Source of the DNA: Oceanispirochaeta sp.
Lineage (GTDB): Bacteria > Spirochaetota > Spirochaetia > DSM-2461
DNA: 64,000 nucleotides
Direction of reading: 5' to 3'
NCBI GenBank assembly: GCA_963663385.2
Contig: CAXXXD010000002.1
Location: forward strand, 1,280,001 to 1,344,000
The notes beneath the pieces were generated by a model that saw nothing but the letters and a program-made list of their open reading frames with translations, searched no databases and was not told the DNA's origin. The stretch's first letter is position 1. Each line of letters begins with the position of its first letter. The position numbers and the translations under genes were made by a program. Shown one piece after another: positions 61,271 to 64,000 of the stretch.

Positions 61271-61702
61271 ATGGGAGAAGCTCAGGTGGATCAGAATCAA
61301 CTGGATCAGATAGGTAGTTATGTTAGAAGCCATATTGGACAATGGCTCCGTGAACAGAATATCCTGCCTTTTCCGGAAAGGGAAAGAGGACTTGATCGGG
61401 AAATCCTTGACCGGATAATAACAGTGGAACAACAGCTGAAATTTCAGAATGAAAAAATAGAGATGATGATGGTGCAGTCTGATAAACGTTTTGAGTCCAT
61501 GGATAAAAGATTTGAGTCCATGGATAAAAGGTTTGAGTCCATGGATAAAAGGTTTACAGATATGCAGTTGTATATGGATAAACGATTTGAGGCTTCCCAG
61601 AAGAATATGAGTCAGAGTTTTAACAGAGTTTATGGATTACTGACAATTATATTTGCGGGTATGCTGAGCGGATTTGTTACTTTGATTGTTAAACTGGTTT
61701 GA
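61271..61702 (+). CDS. DKRFE-repeat coiled-coil protein with C-terminal TM (Bdr/DUF1640-like)
   Basis: (MDKRFES)n heptads, hydrophobic C-terminus, GGAGA upstream; paralog of 53968-54421. Confidence 0.8.
   Translation: MGEAQVDQNQLDQIGSYVRSHIGQWLREQNILPFPERERGLDREILDRIITVEQQLKFQNEKIEMMMVQSDKRFESMDKRFESMDKRFESMDKRFTDMQLYMDKRFEASQKNMSQSFNRVYGLLTIIFAGMLSGFVTLIVKLV
61481..61564 (+). repeat. 21-bp in-frame tandem repeat (about 4 copies)
   Basis: gataaaNgNtttgagtccatg units encoding DKRFESM. Confidence 0.85.
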
Positions 61703-62049
61703 TGATTGAGATACAAATCATCGCTTAATTAATCACTTAGTCAAAATAAATGAAAGAATATTTTTCACTCGTATAACTCCCTTTCTTAAAAAGATTTATC
61801 ATTACGTAATGTTCAACTCATGAACAAAATCAATAAAATCAGCTTATTTCTTATTGTTAAACTCTTTTTGTTGTGATATGTTCATTAACTGAACAAAGAC
61901 CGGTTTTACTCCGGTTTGCGGGGTTAATGAGTCTTATCAGTTTAAGCTTGTGTTTCGGCCGGTTTGAACAGGGGGCTCTACAGGTTTGGTTTTGCGCTGT
62001 TTTTTTGATGACAGCGGGTGGGGGTGGTTTGACCTCCCCCCGGCCCCCT

Positions 62050-62252
62050 CCTCAAGGAGGGGGAGAAGAGTCTTGTTTTTTTCTTCGTAGTATAGTGACT
62101 CTATCCCTTGTCCATCGGTCTCCCTAATCCCTCAAGGAGGGGGAGAAGAGTCTTGTTTTTTTCTTTGTAGTATAGTGACTCTATCCCTTGTCCATCGGTC
62201 TCCCTAATCCCTCAAGGAGGGGGAGAAGAGTCTTGTTTTTTTTCTTTGTAGT
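62050..62252. repeat. 80-bp tandem repeat, about 2.5 copies
   Basis: ctcaaggagggggagaagagtcttg... recurs at 62051, 62131 and 62211, nearly identical. Confidence 0.92.
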
Positions 62253-62352
62253 GATAGCGGTTTTATTCCTGGCTCTATATCTCGACTATGCTGCTATACG
62301 CAGTTCGCTCGGTATTTAGCGCTTGGGAATCATCCGGGCCTCCTTCTGGCCA

Positions 62353-62807
62353 GACCTCCCCCGGCTCTGGTCATTCCGCTACGTTGCATTGCTCGAGTAT
62401 GCATAAATCAGATTCACCCTACTATTCCGGTCAGTTTCAGGAATCTAATGATGAATCAGATATAAACATGCTGTGTTCGATACGAGATCTCAGGTTTTGA
62501 GATGTGGTTTTAGTGAACCCCTCTCCCCCTTCATATCGACTACGTTCGATGACTTGTTGGTACCCCTCTCCCCCGACCCCTTGATCACAAACTTCGTTTG
62601 TTGCACAGGCAGGCGTCCGGCCTCTCCCAGAGTGAGAGGGGAGGAATGTTTATTGTGGAAACCCTCTCCCTTTAATTCCCTCTCCCAGAGTGCGAGGGAT
62701 TAGATATTAAGATATGGATAAAAAACTGATAATGGCCTCCCCTGACCCTGGTCATTCCGCTTCGCTGCATTGCTCGGACATGCAGCCGGGCCCCTCCGGA
62801 GGAGGGG
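62353..62807. repeat. Cluster of REP-like palindromes carrying nested ~40-nt structured inserts
   Basis: Hosts at 62353, 62562, 62659 and 62734; inserts at 62367-62411, 62581-62620 and 62748-62790. Confidence 0.75.
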
Positions 62808-62814
62808 AATAAAT

Positions 62815-63330
62815 ATGGACAAAGAGTTAATAATTCTGGAACAGATACAAAACAATCCTCATGTTAATCAACGGGATTTGGCTACGGTTACCAGGGCTTC
62901 CCTGGGGATGACTAATGCTATTCTCAAGCGCTTTGCGGAGAAGGGGTTGATTACGATTAAGAAGGTGAATAACCGGAATATTCGTTATGCTCTAACTTCC
63001 GAGGGGATGGAGGAGATTAATCGCCGGTCCTGGGGGTACTTTAAGCGTACAATCAAGAATGTGGTGGATTATAAGGATGCTATTGGTGAGGTGATTCGTC
63101 AGGCCAAGGCTGACGGGTATGAAGGGATTACTCTTATTGGTGAGAGTGATTTTGATTTTATTATTGAACATCTTTGTTATAAGATGAGTATGCCTTTTTT
63201 GTACCTGGAAGATGCTGAGGGAGGGATTCCGAAAACTCAGTATCGCTTTGTTGCGGAGACTTTGGAGTCTGAGGCTTTGAAAGCTGAAATGGAAGATGAG
63301 TTTAATCTTAAGCGTTTAATTGTCGGTTGA
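62815..63330 (+). CDS. MarR-like winged-helix regulator (polysaccharide-locus associated type)
   Basis: NQRDLA...SLGMTNAILKRFAEKGLITIKKVN...YALTSEG; lies upstream of gmd. Confidence 0.8.
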   Translation: MDKELIILEQIQNNPHVNQRDLATVTRASLGMTNAILKRFAEKGLITIKKVNNRNIRYALTSEGMEEINRRSWGYFKRTIKNVVDYKDAIGEVIRQAKADGYEGITLIGESDFDFIIEHLCYKMSMPFLYLEDAEGGIPKTQYRFVAETLESEALKAEMEDEFNLKRLIVG

Positions 63331-63641
63331 TGTATGTGTAGGGATGGAGGAGATTCATCGACGGTGCTGGGGTTATTAGGATATTCTTGCTATGAATAAT
63401 AGCAAGAATGTTATAAGTGTCGAAAAGCAACGACAATTACCGAACAAGGTTCTTCAAGTTTACTTGAATGATCTTATAGCATTGAAATAAAAATGATAAT
63501 GATAGATAAGAATAAGATAGTTTGTTTCTAAGAAAAAAACTAATCTTGTTTTTTGAATAAAATAACAGCTGGGATAATTAACTACTTTCTCAACTTAATA
63601 TATTGAAAATAATTCTTCTACTTAAAATGGAGTGAAATGGA

Positions 63642-64000
63642 ATGAAAAAAGCAATAATTACAGGTGTTACTGGTCAAGATGGTGCATATCTTTCTGAATT
63701 TCTTTTAAATAAAGGTTATGAAGTCCATGGAATAAAGCGAAGATCCTCCAGTTTTAATACAGGGCGAGTTGATCATTTATATCATGACCCTCATACCAAA
63801 GATAATAAATATTTTCTTCATTATGGGGATTTAACAGATACGTCAAATCTTATCCGGATCATTCAGGAAGTTAAACCGGATGAAATATATAATCTAGGGG
63901 CTCAAAGTCATGTCCATGTATCATTTGAAGTCCCTGAATATACTGTAGATACCGATGGTGTGGGAACTTTAAGGCTTTTGGAAGCGATACGGATTCTTGG
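63642..64000 (+). CDS. gmd: GDP-mannose 4,6-dehydratase, truncated by the window edge
   Basis: Manual translation [42 protein letters not shown]...HYGDLTD...[10 protein letters not shown]. Confidence 0.96.
   Translation, partial: MKKAIITGVTGQDGAYLSEFLLNKGYEVHGIKRRSSSFNTGRVDHLYHDPHTKDNKYFLHYGDLTDTSNLIRIIQEVKPDEIYNLGAQSHVHVSFEVPEYTVDTDGVGTLRLLEAIRIL

Noticed and set aside
50993..61702. Prophage, IS or integrative element
   Set aside because: No integrase, transposase, phage structural gene, tRNA or att-like exact repeat was found.
62050..62252. Possible CRISPR array
   Set aside because: Whole 80-bp units are duplicated with no unique spacers, and no cas genes are present.
61873..62703. Short ORFs 61873-62127, 62288-62500 and 62473-62703
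   Set aside because: They are translations of repeat DNA with no RBS and no protein-like features.

Overview
Bacterial chromosomal window with a spirochaete-like gene set, probably a free-living Spirochaetaceae member; this is inferred from gene content only. 1-50.9 kb is mostly housekeeping and signalling. It holds a TPR lipoprotein and LysM lytic transglycosylase, an MCP, an AlaX-type editing protein, a ytfQRT-yjfF-type sugar ABC operon with a YesM/YesN-type two-component system and a tandem double binding-protein lipoprotein, a C1 peptidase, a MATE pump, an aroD-aroE fusion, gcvT-H-PA-PB, XPB plus partner, two GGDEF-EAL proteins, an Opp/Dpp-type ABC operon and an ABC-F. 51-64 kb is accessory-like. 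It holds a dprA-comM-yraN module, an SNF2 helicase coupled to an unknown ~590-aa partner, a tripartite HipB/HipA-N/HipA-kinase module with three operators at an exact 40-bp period, and an orphan HigA-like gene. Two paralogous DKRFE-repeat membrane-anchored genes bracket the SNF2-to-HigA segment. A repeat-dense intergenic region then precedes a MarR-type regulator and gmd, the probable start of a polysaccharide locus. Four consecutive genes at 52.9-59.1 kb each carry one single-base homopolymer frameshift. The most unusual non-coding signal is a ~40-nt three-way-junction mini-element, seen 4 times, nested inside C-rich REP-like palindromes that also occur empty. No rRNA, tRNA, CRISPR array, transposase or integrase was recognised. 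All product calls are by motif recognition, with no database searches.
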